The notes below the pieces were generated by a model. The model was given only the letters and a program-made list of their open reading frames with translations, searched no databases and was not told the origin of the DNA. DNA of 64,000 nucleotides from a virus (Duplodnaviria > Caudoviricetes), in the IMG/VR virus record IMGVR_UViG_2648501258_000001, positions 33,613 to 97,612 of that record, one strand, 5' to 3'. This document shows positions 54,460 through 63,815 of this stretch, piece by piece. A program made the translations under genes and the position numbers. Positions within the stretch are counted from its first letter, which is position 1; each line of letters begins with the position of its first letter.

Positions 54460-54644
54460 TGCCGAGTCCGAGGATTGAGATTCTGGAAGATACGATTCAC
54501 AAATTACAATGCGTCAAGCAAGCCCTTGAAAAAGAGTTGCACTACGACTACTCTGTGACGGATGAAGTCGAAGGGATCATTGAAGCCCTGATGTTTGACC
54601 TTGGTGAAACTGAACAACGAGATAAGGAGAGAGGCTGTGAGTGA
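54456..54644 (+). CDS. Hypothetical protein
   Basis: Coupled ORF. Confidence 0.55.
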   Translation: MMPSPRIEILEDTIHKLQCVKQALEKELHYDYSVTDEVEGIIEALMFDLGETEQRDKERGCE

Positions 54645-55153
54645 GTAAAGTAGAATACAAGTGCGACATCTGCCCGGCCAGCTATTTCAAGTGGCCGAGT
54701 CAAGTACGTGGAGAGAGAAAGTATTGTTCTCTCGATTGTAAGAGAGTCGGACAGTCTATACACTCTACTGGAGCTGCAAATTCAAATTACAAGTCCGGGG
54801 CACATTGCGAGGATTCTATTTGTGAGTGTGGCGGAGTAAAAGACTACAGAGCTAGACAATGTAGTGGCTGCAAATCAAATCTCGAAGCAAAGATTCCAGA
54901 CTTCTTCAAAATCGGAACTCCGCGAAGAAACGCAACACTGTGGAGATACATAAAGAGTCTAGATTTGATTCCTTGGGAGGCTTGTGTTGACTGCGGACAA
55001 GGATGGGAGCACAATGGAAAATATCTTTCGCTCCATTTGGACCATATAAATGGCGAAAGCAGTGATAATAGACTTGAAAATCTGAGAGTTCTATGTCCTA
55101 ATTGCCACACTCAGACGCCGACGTATGCGGCAAAGAACAGGAGAAAGAAATGA
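54641..55153 (+). CDS. HNH endonuclease
   Basis: LHLDHING...DNRLENLRVLCPNCHTQT. Confidence 0.88.
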   Translation: MSKVEYKCDICPASYFKWPSQVRGERKYCSLDCKRVGQSIHSTGAANSNYKSGAHCEDSICECGGVKDYRARQCSGCKSNLEAKIPDFFKIGTPRRNATLWRYIKSLDLIPWEACVDCGQGWEHNGKYLSLHLDHINGESSDNRLENLRVLCPNCHTQTPTYAAKNRRKK

Positions 55154-55719
55154 CACAGGTATTTTTTACATCGGATTTGCACGTCGATCATCGCAACATC
55201 GTCGAATACTCGAATCGTCCGTGGACCTTCGAAGAACAACGTGAAGAAATCATCACCCGCTGGAATAGCCGTGTCGGCCTGATGGACGATGTGTACCACT
55301 TGGGCGATTTCGTATTCACTGGTTCCAAGGGCTTCCAGAAAACCATCGACTTGATTAAAGAGTTGAATGGTAATATCACGTTCATCAAGGGGAATCACTG
55401 TCAAGATAATCTCTGGCAGATGATCGAGGATGCAAACCTGCCGCATATTCAGGAGATTTGCCACTACAAGGAAATCACTGTTGAACGTACAAAGATCGTG
55501 ATGTGCCATTATCCTTTCGAGACGTGGAACAAGGCACACCACGGTGCATGGCACTTGCACGGGCACTGCCACGGTAGTCTGCCACCAAGAGGAAAAAGAT
55601 TGGATGTTGGTATTGACAACCACCCTGATCACCAAGTATTCTCCTTGGCAGAAGTTAAGATTCACATGGCGAAACAAGAGTTCGTCGTAAATGACCACCA
55701 CACGGGAGAAAGAGAATGA
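55150..55719 (+). CDS. Calcineurin-like metallophosphoesterase
   Basis: SDLH, LGD, GNH, CHYP, HGHCH. Confidence 0.9.
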   Translation: MTQVFFTSDLHVDHRNIVEYSNRPWTFEEQREEIITRWNSRVGLMDDVYHLGDFVFTGSKGFQKTIDLIKELNGNITFIKGNHCQDNLWQMIEDANLPHIQEICHYKEITVERTKIVMCHYPFETWNKAHHGAWHLHGHCHGSLPPRGKRLDVGIDNHPDHQVFSLAEVKIHMAKQEFVVNDHHTGERE

Positions 55720-55910
55720 CTGAGTACGTCTACGTTGTAACTAGTCTTGAAATGGGCTGGGATTGTGTTTGCGGGGTTTACAAGACTTCCGAATCCGCGT
55801 ATCGTAGCTGCTTCGAACATGACAGCGGTCTTACCCTAGAAGAGATGACTGCTCAGGTCGAAGACGGCGACACTTCCTATGTTATCTCCACTAAACTACT
55901 GAGGGCTTAA
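55716..55910 (+). CDS. Hypothetical protein
   Basis: Coupled ORF; GWDCV.GVY. Confidence 0.65.
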   Translation: MTEYVYVVTSLEMGWDCVCGVYKTSESAYRSCFEHDSGLTLEEMTAQVEDGDTSYVISTKLLRA

Positions 55911-55912
55911 AA

Positions 55913-56326
55913 ATGAAAGTTTCGAAATCATCTTGGCATTACCGCTTCAATGACTACTTCCAGAACAACTTTTCCTATCGTGCTTCCCGGTCCACTTTCA
56001 CAACCTGCACCTACATTCGTACAACCATTCGCACATTCTTGCAGGCGTCGGTGACTATCTTGTTCTTGGGGGGCATCCTGGGTGTGGTCTTAGGTAGTGC
56101 AATCTACTGGCCTGTTGCTGTGATCTTCGGTCTGACACTTGCGAAGTTTACGATCCCATTCGCAATTATTACTTACGCAGCGGTGATTGCGGTTGCCGCT
56201 GGTATCCTGTACGATAAGAAGCTGAAACCTAAGCTGGAAGCTCGACGCGAGAGGAAGCTGAGCCTCTTACGGCAAGCTGTAATTGACCGTAAAGAAGGCA
56301 TCTGCACTATTGTGCGATTCGATTAA
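55913..56326 (+). CDS. Membrane protein
   Basis: SWHY N-motif, TM segments. Confidence 0.7.
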   Translation: MKVSKSSWHYRFNDYFQNNFSYRASRSTFTTCTYIRTTIRTFLQASVTILFLGGILGVVLGSAIYWPVAVIFGLTLAKFTIPFAIITYAAVIAVAAGILYDKKLKPKLEARRERKLSLLRQAVIDRKEGICTIVRFD

Positions 56327-56337
56327 AGGAGAACGAC

Positions 56338-57177
56338 ATGACTGATTTCAACGAAGACCTGTACCACACTACCGACAAGGCTCCACGTGGCCGAATCTCC
56401 ACCCGTCAGTTTCTGTTCCCTGGCGGTGAGGTGGGCATCAATGTTAACGTGTTGGAACCAGACTATGGTGTCAGTCATGTCAAGCTCTTTGCACGTGCAA
56501 AGAATTCAGATAATCTGATGGCTGTTTTCATGGCGACTGATGCCCTGGAGCGTGTGTATCCAAACGCACGGATTAGTCTGAGCCTTCCCTATATTCCGTA
56601 TGCCCGCCAGGACCGCGTATGCAACCCTGGAGAGGCTCTGAGCATCAAGGCTGTAGCTCGGCTCATCAACGCACAGAACTACGCCACAGTGCGTGTTGTA
56701 GACCCTCACAGCCCCGTCAGCGTGGCACTGATCGACCGTGTTATGGTGACTGATCAATACGAAGTGTTTGGACGTATCAAACAAAACTGGTCGGATTGGA
56801 CTATTGTTGCTCCAGATATGGGAGCTTCCAAGAAGGTAGAAGACTTCGCTAAGCGAGTAGGCGCTAAGGGTGTTATCACGTTCAACAAGACTCGTGAGCT
56901 GTCTACTGGGAAGATCACAGGCATGCATTGCCTCGATCCTATCGACCCCAATGGGAAGTTCTTGGTTTTGGATGATATCTGCGATGGTGGTCGCACATTC
57001 ATCGAGCTGGCACAGCACTTCATGCGAGGGGTACACACCCTGGAGTTGGCAGTGACTCACGGCATCTTCTCGAAGGGCGTGGAATGCGTCACTCAGCAGT
57101 TTGATATGGTCCACACAACCGATTCGTTCCACAGTGGCTTGCTTGAGAAAGCTGGCCTAAACATCATTAAAGTATAA
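56338..57177 (+). CDS. PRPP-synthetase-like protein (NARP1 Adps-type)
   Basis: FPGGE, PY.PYARQDR, DPHS, PD.GA, DDICDGG.TF, THGIFS. Confidence 0.9.
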   Translation: MTDFNEDLYHTTDKAPRGRISTRQFLFPGGEVGINVNVLEPDYGVSHVKLFARAKNSDNLMAVFMATDALERVYPNARISLSLPYIPYARQDRVCNPGEALSIKAVARLINAQNYATVRVVDPHSPVSVALIDRVMVTDQYEVFGRIKQNWSDWTIVAPDMGASKKVEDFAKRVGAKGVITFNKTRELSTGKITGMHCLDPIDPNGKFLVLDDICDGGRTFIELAQHFMRGVHTLELAVTHGIFSKGVECVTQQFDMVHTTDSFHSGLLEKAGLNIIKV

Positions 57178-57187
57178 GGAGAGTAAA

Positions 57188-57679
57188 ATGTTGATCGAAG
57201 GTATTATCGTATCAGGGATTCTAGTATTTGCACTGCTTGTGTTGTATGTCATGAAAAGGGTAATGACTCCTGAGGATGTGCAGGAAGCGCCAGTCCAGCT
57301 ACCAGAAGCTATGGCAGCTGTAGCACCAGAGCGTGGCCCAATGGAGCCTGTTGTCCGTCGTCCCTCCACGGATGTGAAATTTAAAGAGGCTCGGAAGGCT
57401 GGCAGTTCTCGTGCTTACGAGGCTCCCTATGGACAAGAACATGTGAGCGTCCAGCACGTGGACCCCTACGTCAGCCCGTTGGGTGGCATTGTTACTGCCG
57501 CAGCCGCTATCATCGTAGCTGATACTATTTACGATTCTGTTGTTGACACGAGTTACACATCTGAGTATAGTTCTCCCACACCGAGCTACAGCGAAAGTAG
57601 TGGTAGCAGTTGGGGCGGTGATAGCTCAAGTTCTTCAAGCTCAAGCGACAGCAGCTCTTCGAGCAGCTGGTCTGACTAA
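57188..57679 (+). CDS. Membrane-anchored protein with Ser-rich tail
   Basis: N-terminal TM; C-terminal poly-Ser ending WSD. Confidence 0.75.
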   Translation: MLIEGIIVSGILVFALLVLYVMKRVMTPEDVQEAPVQLPEAMAAVAPERGPMEPVVRRPSTDVKFKEARKAGSSRAYEAPYGQEHVSVQHVDPYVSPLGGIVTAAAAIIVADTIYDSVVDTSYTSEYSSPTPSYSESSGSSWGGDSSSSSSSSDSSSSSSWSD

Positions 57680-57698
57680 TTAATACAGGAGAAACAAA

Positions 57699-58439
57699 AT
57701 GTTCAAACGTACCGCACTGATTGCCCTGATTGCTGCTTTTGCGGGCTATACGGCACTACCACAGAATGCAGAGGCAGCAGGGTATAAGAGCGGGCGTTCG
57801 AGCAGCTATAGCAGCTCCCGCAGTTATAGCCGCCCAAGTCCTGCGTACAGCCGCCCGAAGGCAACCGCCCCACGTAGTGCAACACCGTATACCCGACCTA
57901 ATGTACAGCGATCTGCGAATGGTTCACCTTCCCGTCCACAGTCGTCTATCCGTCCGTCTGCCCAGCGAGGTTCGACCCCATACAGCAACCGCAGTACAAA
58001 CAGTTATCGTCCACCAGCTCGACAGGTGAGCAGCCCAATCTCTAGCCGGAGTTCTGCATCACGTAGTTCTTACGGTAACAACCGAGGCTACGGCAGCAAC
58101 AATTACGGTGGCGGTTATAATCGTGGTCACTACGGCGGCATGGGCAACGGTGGTGGTATGAGCATGGGCAGTGCAATCCTGGCGGGTGCAGGTGGTGCTA
58201 TCCTGGGCAACATGCTCTACAATAACTTCTCCCACACTCCAAGCGGTGCAGCTACAACTCGTACCACGGACACTGTGCAAGAGATTCAACAAGAGCAACG
58301 TATCGAGGATAAGCTGGACCAAGTGAATGACAAGTTGGATGCACAGGCAGCGCCTGCTGGCCCACAAGGTTACTCTCTGCCAGCTGACGCTCCACTGATG
58401 ATGGCGCCCTCGTTCTACCAACTCGGAAGTGGACAATGA
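57699..58439 (+). CDS. Exported S/R/G-rich low-complexity protein
   Basis: Signal peptide (AEA), S/R/Y-rich region, glycine-zipper GSAILAGAGGAILG. Confidence 0.75.
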   Translation: MFKRTALIALIAAFAGYTALPQNAEAAGYKSGRSSSYSSSRSYSRPSPAYSRPKATAPRSATPYTRPNVQRSANGSPSRPQSSIRPSAQRGSTPYSNRSTNSYRPPARQVSSPISSRSSASRSSYGNNRGYGSNNYGGGYNRGHYGGMGNGGGMSMGSAILAGAGGAILGNMLYNNFSHTPSGAATTRTTDTVQEIQQEQRIEDKLDQVNDKLDAQAAPAGPQGYSLPADAPLMMAPSFYQLGSGQ

Positions 58440-58612
58440 TTATTCCCACAGGGTTGCGTGGTTTGACTGAGAGCGCAGAGATTGAAGTGAAAAACTATAG
58501 CGGCGACCCAAAGTACATTTCACTTTGGCAAGACTCTGATCTAATTATCGTCTATCGTGATCAAGTGGATGCCCTAATCGCTGAGCTGCAAAAGCTCAAA
58601 GAAAACGATTGA
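58436..58612 (+). CDS. Small hypothetical protein (58 aa)
   Basis: ATGA coupling; MIIPTGLRGL... Confidence 0.55.
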   Translation: MIIPTGLRGLTESAEIEVKNYSGDPKYISLWQDSDLIIVYRDQVDALIAELQKLKEND

Positions 58613-58636
58613 CTCAACGGGCCACTCTGATAAGAT
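58609..58636 (+). promoter_or_regulatory. sigma70-type promoter
   Basis: TTGACT-N16-TAAGAT. Confidence 0.6.
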
Positions 58637-58666
58637 GCCCCCCACACAAACACAAAGGAGAACACA

Positions 58667-60457
58667 ATGAAGCCATTTGCACCCCACATGGTTGACGTTT
58701 ACAAGATTGGTCACGCTGACATGTACACCGAAGGCACTGACTTCCTGTACAGCAACCTGACTCCACGTTCGGATAAATACTTCCGTAATTCTGGCGTATC
58801 GAAGATGTATGACGGCAAGATGGTCGTATTCGGCACCCAAGGTTCGATCATGGAAATCGTCGAAGATTGGAACGACTCGTTCTTCTCTAAGCCGAAAGAA
58901 GATGTGATCCGTCGCTATCGCCGTCGCGTTAATGGCGTAATCGGTAAGGGCAAGGTGTCTACCTCTCGTATGGAAGCTCTGCACGACCTCGGCTATCTGC
59001 CGCTGGAAATCAAGACCATCGACGAAGGCGCTCGCATTGGCATGAAAGTCCCAATGCTGACCATCAAGAACACCGTACCTGAATTCTTCTGGCTGGTGAA
59101 CTACCTGGAAACTGCACTGTCTGACCAAATCTGGCAGTTGGCAACCAACGCGACTATCGCCTACGAGTACAAGCGTATTCTGACGGCAGCAGCTCTGCGT
59201 ACTGGTGCTGCTGTAGAAGCTGTAGCTTTCCAAGGTCACGATTTCTCCATGCGTGGCATGCCGGGTTACATCGCAGCCTCTCGCTCTGGTTCGGGCCACT
59301 TGGCATCGTTCTCAGGCACTGACACTGTTGGTGCAATCGACTACATTGAGGACTACTACGGCCAGGGTCTGGACTTGGACGCATACTTCATTGCTGGCTC
59401 CATTCCTGCGACTGAACACGCTGTTAGTTCGAGCAACATCCTGACTCGTGCTGCTGAATTTCAAAAGCGCTACCCTGAGATGACAGAAGAAGACGCTCGG
59501 CTTCGTGGTGAAGTGGCGTTTTTAATGCACTACATCACACGATTGAACCCCAACGGATTTTGCTCGTATGTTGCAGATACTTACGACTACTGGGCTGTAT
59601 TGACTCAAATTCTAACTTTGGAATCTGTTAGAGCTGAAATCCTGGCACGTGATGGCCGTCTGGTGATCCGCCCCGATTCTGGTGATCCACTGACCGTTAT
59701 CTGTGGTAGCATTGACAAGGTGTATAAGACTCTGGAAGAAGCTCTCGACGCAGAGCGTGACGCTCACTACGAAGAAGCTGCGGAAGACTGCGAAGGCTCG
59801 CACAACATTGGGGCTGATTACTACGATACTCTGGTGTATATCACAGAAGAGTCGAAGTATTACATTATCAAGACCAAGTTCGAGTACAACCGCCACGACA
59901 AGCAATACTACTACATCGACAACTATAGTTCCGATTGTGGTGAGCCTGTTGCGACAGAAGTACAACCTTCGGCTGAGATGAAAGGCTCGATCCAGCTGCT
60001 GTGGGAGACCTTTGGCGGTACTGTAAACGCTGCTGGCTTCAAAGAGCTTGACTCGCACATTGGTCTGATCTATGGTGACTCGATCACCCTGGGCCGTGCC
60101 CAAGCGATCACGGATCGTCTGGAAAAGCTAGGCTTCGCATCGACCAACGTAGTGTTCGGGATCGGTAGCTACACCTACCAGTGCAACACCCGTGACACCT
60201 TCGGCACTGCGATGAAGGCAACTGGTACTGGCGTAGACGGAGAGTTCTTTGAAATCTACAAAGACCCTGCCACTGGTGACAAGCTGAAACAGTCTGCACG
60301 TGGTCTGCTGCGTGTTGATCTGGTGGATGGCGAGTACGTTCTGACTGATAAAGTCACTACGGAGCAAGAGGCTGGTGGTGAGTTGAAGGTCCGTTTCCGT
60401 AACGGGGAATTCTTCAATGTAGTAAACATTGACACCATCCGCCAACGTTTGGCATAA
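58667..60457 (+). CDS. Nicotinamide phosphoribosyltransferase-like protein (NARP1 Namat-type)
   Basis: D.YK..H, HDFSMRG, GTDT, SIPATEH, DTYD, IRPDSGDP, GLIYGDSIT, TRDT. Confidence 0.92.
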   Translation: MKPFAPHMVDVYKIGHADMYTEGTDFLYSNLTPRSDKYFRNSGVSKMYDGKMVVFGTQGSIMEIVEDWNDSFFSKPKEDVIRRYRRRVNGVIGKGKVSTSRMEALHDLGYLPLEIKTIDEGARIGMKVPMLTIKNTVPEFFWLVNYLETALSDQIWQLATNATIAYEYKRILTAAALRTGAAVEAVAFQGHDFSMRGMPGYIAASRSGSGHLASFSGTDTVGAIDYIEDYYGQGLDLDAYFIAGSIPATEHAVSSSNILTRAAEFQKRYPEMTEEDARLRGEVAFLMHYITRLNPNGFCSYVADTYDYWAVLTQILTLESVRAEILARDGRLVIRPDSGDPLTVICGSIDKVYKTLEEALDAERDAHYEEAAEDCEGSHNIGADYYDTLVYITEESKYYIIKTKFEYNRHDKQYYYIDNYSSDCGEPVATEVQPSAEMKGSIQLLWETFGGTVNAAGFKELDSHIGLIYGDSITLGRAQAITDRLEKLGFASTNVVFGIGSYTYQCNTRDTFGTAMKATGTGVDGEFFEIYKDPATGDKLKQSARGLLRVDLVDGEYVLTDKVTTEQEAGGELKVRFRNGEFFNVVNIDTIRQRLA

Positions 60458-60463
60458 TAGAAC

Positions 60464-60489
60464 TGCCCGCCCACGAGGCGGGCTTTCTT
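60464..60489 (+). terminator. Intrinsic terminator
   Basis: GCCCGCC-CACGA-GGCGGGC-TTTCTT. Confidence 0.75.
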
Positions 60490-60513
60490 ACCCCCTAAAT
60501 AAAGGAGAGCATC

Positions 60514-60741
60514 ATGTCTGAATTGAAATCCCGTGTAAAAGTTAAGGTAACTGGTTTTGGCCTTTCCCACTCTTGTGTGATCCTCGGTCAAGTGAAGATT
60601 AGATTCTTCTACGAGACTGTGTACCAGCGAGAAGTTATCCGTGGCGGCACAGAGCTTGAAACCATCATCGAAAGGGCAAAAGAAGCCATTGCTGCCTTCA
60701 AGGCCGCAGGGTTCAACGAGCAAGGGGAAATCGCCCTGTGA
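60514..60741 (+). CDS. Hypothetical protein
   Basis: AAGGAGAG RBS. Confidence 0.65.
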   Translation: MSELKSRVKVKVTGFGLSHSCVILGQVKIRFFYETVYQREVIRGGTELETIIERAKEAIAAFKAAGFNEQGEIAL

Positions 60742-61211
60742 CAATCACTTATAAGGCAGGCTGCCTGATTGCAGCATTGGACGCTGGCGAAGTGGGAGCT
60801 ATTGCACACCAAGCCAACTGCCAAAATACCATGAAGAGTGGTGTGGCTAAGGCGCTCGTGGAGCGTTGGCCTGCGGTTGCCGAGGCGGATCAGGCAACTA
60901 CGAAGGGAGACCCCGATAAGCTCGGCTCTCTGAGCTTCACGCCAGTGTACTGCAATGACAGCGAAGTTCGACTAGTGTTCAACCTCTATGGTCAGTACAC
61001 CTACGGACGTGAGAAAGGCGTTGTGTACACAGAAGTGAAAGCCTTGGGAAATGCAATGGCCCAGATGAAACTTTTCCTTGACAGCCTAGGCATTAAGAGC
61101 GTAGGATTACCGAAGTTGGGAGCAGGGCTGGGTGGTGCGAAGTGGGAGGATATTGAATCCGTCATCATCACCGAACTTGCTGGTCTCGATGTAACCATCT
61201 ATTCTAAATAA
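60738..61211 (+). CDS. Macrodomain protein
   Basis: IAHQANC...M.SGVA, NLYGQ, PKLGAGLGG..W. Confidence 0.9.
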   Translation: MTITYKAGCLIAALDAGEVGAIAHQANCQNTMKSGVAKALVERWPAVAEADQATTKGDPDKLGSLSFTPVYCNDSEVRLVFNLYGQYTYGREKGVVYTEVKALGNAMAQMKLFLDSLGIKSVGLPKLGAGLGGAKWEDIESVIITELAGLDVTIYSK

Positions 61212-61222
61212 AGGAGAACACC

Positions 61223-61588
61223 ATGAATCTGCAAGCCATTCAAAAACGTCTGCAAGAGCTGTCTGCCGAGGCGCTGACACTGAGCAATGCTCTGGAATTC
61301 CTGATCAAAGGTGATGTAACTGAAAGCCCTCTGGATAAACTCCACCTCCAAGTATCTCACTTCACATGTGTGAGCGAGGGAGATGTTCTACAATTCACAG
61401 AACCATTCAATCACATTGATGATGGTGCCGCTCTGCCAGCAGGTAACTATAAGGTTATCCAAATCGAAGAAGAAGACTACGAAGGCATTTGGTCAGTAAT
61501 GATCGTGTTGGAGGGTGGCGGTAACACTTGGATCAACTTCAACAGGATCGCCCAAGACTCTATCGTGTACAAGGTGCAGGCAATCTGA
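61223..61588 (+). CDS. Hypothetical protein
   Basis: AAGGAGA RBS. Confidence 0.7.
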   Translation: MNLQAIQKRLQELSAEALTLSNALEFLIKGDVTESPLDKLHLQVSHFTCVSEGDVLQFTEPFNHIDDGAALPAGNYKVIQIEEEDYEGIWSVMIVLEGGGNTWINFNRIAQDSIVYKVQAI

Positions 61589-61590
61589 GA

Positions 61591-62166
61591 ATGAAACTGA
61601 AAAACACTCTTGGCTTGGCGATGGCCGCAATCATCGCAATGGGTTTGATGGGCTGTGACTCTGAGAACCCAGAAGAGACTGCAAAGGACGAAGCGGACAT
61701 TGATGCCAATACTCGTGCAGCCATGAACAAAGATGATGCGGAGCTGAAAGAAGAGCTTGCGAAAGCTCAGGCCAAAGACCCATCCATCAAGGACATGTAC
61801 TACGGCGTAGACGATGATGGCAATAAAGTTTTGCATGTTATCCGAGAAGTCAAAGACCCCGCTACTGGTCAGATGCAAGCACAGCAAACAAGCTCCATGA
61901 TGAATGGGATGGTGCTGGGCATGCTGATGGGGCACATGATGTCAAATAACTTCAACGGTGGTGGCATGTCAAACCGTAGCTATCCTTCCAGTGAGAGTCG
62001 TAACTACCGTAACCAAGCTACAAGCCGTTACAGTAGCGCTACACGCTCAACAATGGCACGCTCGTATGTCTCTGCACGGCCTAGCTCAGCCTACAGCACT
62101 CGTTCTGCTGGTGCGTTGTCTAGCGGCAGTTCTGCCCGTGCTGGCGGCTACTCGGCAGGAGGTTAA
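61591..62166 (+). CDS. DUF1190/YgiB-like lipoprotein
   Basis: LMGC lipobox, GM.LG..MG segment, S/R-rich tail ending RAGGYSAGG. Confidence 0.7.
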   Translation: MKLKNTLGLAMAAIIAMGLMGCDSENPEETAKDEADIDANTRAAMNKDDAELKEELAKAQAKDPSIKDMYYGVDDDGNKVLHVIREVKDPATGQMQAQQTSSMMNGMVLGMLMGHMMSNNFNGGGMSNRSYPSSESRNYRNQATSRYSSATRSTMARSYVSARPSSAYSTRSAGALSSGSSARAGGYSAGG

Positions 62167-62168
62167 TA

Positions 62169-62261
62169 ATGTCTTGGTTGTTCTTGAGTTACCTTGCAAT
62201 CATCGGAGTACCTATACTGGTAGCCACAGTAGATTGGAAGAAAATTTTAACTTCCAATTGA
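62169..62261 (+). CDS. Small membrane peptide (30 aa)
   Basis: AGGAGG RBS; MSWLFLSYLAIIGVPILVATVDWKK. Confidence 0.55.
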   Translation: MSWLFLSYLAIIGVPILVATVDWKKILTSN

Positions 62262-62286
62262 CATTAATCCAGGGATTCAGTAGAAT
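62258..62286 (+). promoter_or_regulatory. sigma70-type promoter
   Basis: TTGACA-N17-TAGAAT. Confidence 0.75.
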
Positions 62287-62310
62287 CCCTCACACACAAG
62301 GAGACAAGAT

Positions 62311-62364
62311 ATGACTTTTGGTACTTTTCTGATCATTCTTCTCATCATCGTCCTTCTCTCGTAA
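62311..62364 (+). CDS. 17-aa hydrophobic micropeptide
   Basis: AAGGAG RBS; MTFGTFLIILLIIVLLS. Confidence 0.5.
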   Translation: MTFGTFLIILLIIVLLS

Positions 62365-62377
62365 TAGGAGTCAGTAA

Positions 62378-63661
62378 ATGCAAGTAGTGAATAAGCCAAT
62401 CGAATTTGATCTGGAAACTGTGGTAGCGGAGGAAGTTCCATTCCTGTCCACGTTCTATCGCTATAAGGGCGAACTGAACCAAGACGTTTGCGATCTACTT
62501 GCATTTCCTGTGGCGAATAAGTCAGCGATGCCGTTCTACACCATCAAGGAATCGACGACATACAAACTGAACACTCAGTTTGAAGACTATTACAAGATGA
62601 TGGTAGCTGCCCTCAAGATTGCTTTCGATGACCGAGAACTGATGGATCGGTTCTTTGACTGCCACTTCTGGCGTGAGCATGGTGATCGTTTCCTGCCATA
62701 TGCCAAGGCTACCTTCGAACGTAAACATCCAGCCCTGTATGGCCGATATGATGCTTGCTTTGACCCTGAGACTGAACAGCTGAAAGGGATTTACGAGTTC
62801 AACGGCGATACTCCGGTAATGCTGTTCGAATCCGTCAACCTTCAAGCTCGCCTCTCCAAGCAACTTGGAACGGACCAGTATAATAACTGGTGGGAAGTCT
62901 TCGAGCATAAGTTTGCACATGGCTATAAGAATGTAGCTGTTGCTTGTGGAACAGACTATGTAGAAGACATGGCAACCTGTGAAACCGTGGCACAAGCTTT
63001 TGGCTCTGCAAGGAGTGACCGAAACGTCAGCTTCCTGGATTTGAAAGAACTAGACTATGACCACATGAACCTGTCAAAGCCTTGGATTGCACGTGATAGC
63101 TTTAAGCCGCTGGACGCGATTTACATCTTGAGTCCGTGGGAAGAGATGATTGAAACATTCCCAACTATGCTTGATCACTGGGAACGTTGGATCGACAATG
63201 TGCATTTGTTCGAGCCTGCGTGGCGTTGGTTCTTGGCTCACAAGGGTATGACTGCTCTGTGTACTTACCTGTGTGATAGCGAAGAGGACTTCTGGCTAGA
63301 ACACTACAGTGCCACTCGGATTCTACTTCCCACTTATCTGGAAAGCGAAGTTAAGGCTGGCCCTGACGTCCGTTTCACTGGCAAGTGGGTTGAGAAACCT
63401 GTTGTAGGTCGCCTGTCGAACAATATTAAAATCTGGAATGAAGGTAAGCTGGAAAGTGATACTGGTGGTTTCTACAGCGACGAGAACACTGTATTCCAGT
63501 TGTACACTCCACCTAAGAAGGTGGAAGGTCGTAATAACTTCATTCTTGGGATGTGGATGTGTGGCGAGTACTCTGGTAGTCTATGTGCCCGTGAGTTTGA
63601 CAGTGAAGTGCTGTCTATCTCGAATGAGCGGTGGATTCCGCATATCGTAGTGGAGGGCTAA
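62378..63661 (+). CDS. Glutathionylspermidine synthetase-like ATP-grasp ligase (YgiC/YjfC-like)
   Basis: LYGRYD, YEFNGDTP..L.ES, PWE.M, EPAW....HKG, KP..GR...NI. Confidence 0.88.
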   Translation: MQVVNKPIEFDLETVVAEEVPFLSTFYRYKGELNQDVCDLLAFPVANKSAMPFYTIKESTTYKLNTQFEDYYKMMVAALKIAFDDRELMDRFFDCHFWREHGDRFLPYAKATFERKHPALYGRYDACFDPETEQLKGIYEFNGDTPVMLFESVNLQARLSKQLGTDQYNNWWEVFEHKFAHGYKNVAVACGTDYVEDMATCETVAQAFGSARSDRNVSFLDLKELDYDHMNLSKPWIARDSFKPLDAIYILSPWEEMIETFPTMLDHWERWIDNVHLFEPAWRWFLAHKGMTALCTYLCDSEEDFWLEHYSATRILLPTYLESEVKAGPDVRFTGKWVEKPVVGRLSNNIKIWNEGKLESDTGGFYSDENTVFQLYTPPKKVEGRNNFILGMWMCGEYSGSLCAREFDSEVLSISNERWIPHIVVEG

Positions 63662-63662
63662 C

Positions 63663-63815
63663 ATGTACCATAACGCTGTGAAATACAAGGACGGTTGGTT
63701 GGCTCCAGGCTCCCATGCAATGGAACTATACCAAGCAAAGAAATTTAAAGAGCTAGATGAGCATTGAAAGATGCTGCATGAGAAGTGGCTAAAACTGGAG
63801 GGGAGGAAGGGATGA
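63663..63815 (+). pseudogene. Small ORF interrupted by in-frame TGA
   Basis: TGA at 63765, frame continues to TGA overlapping next ATG. Confidence 0.5.
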
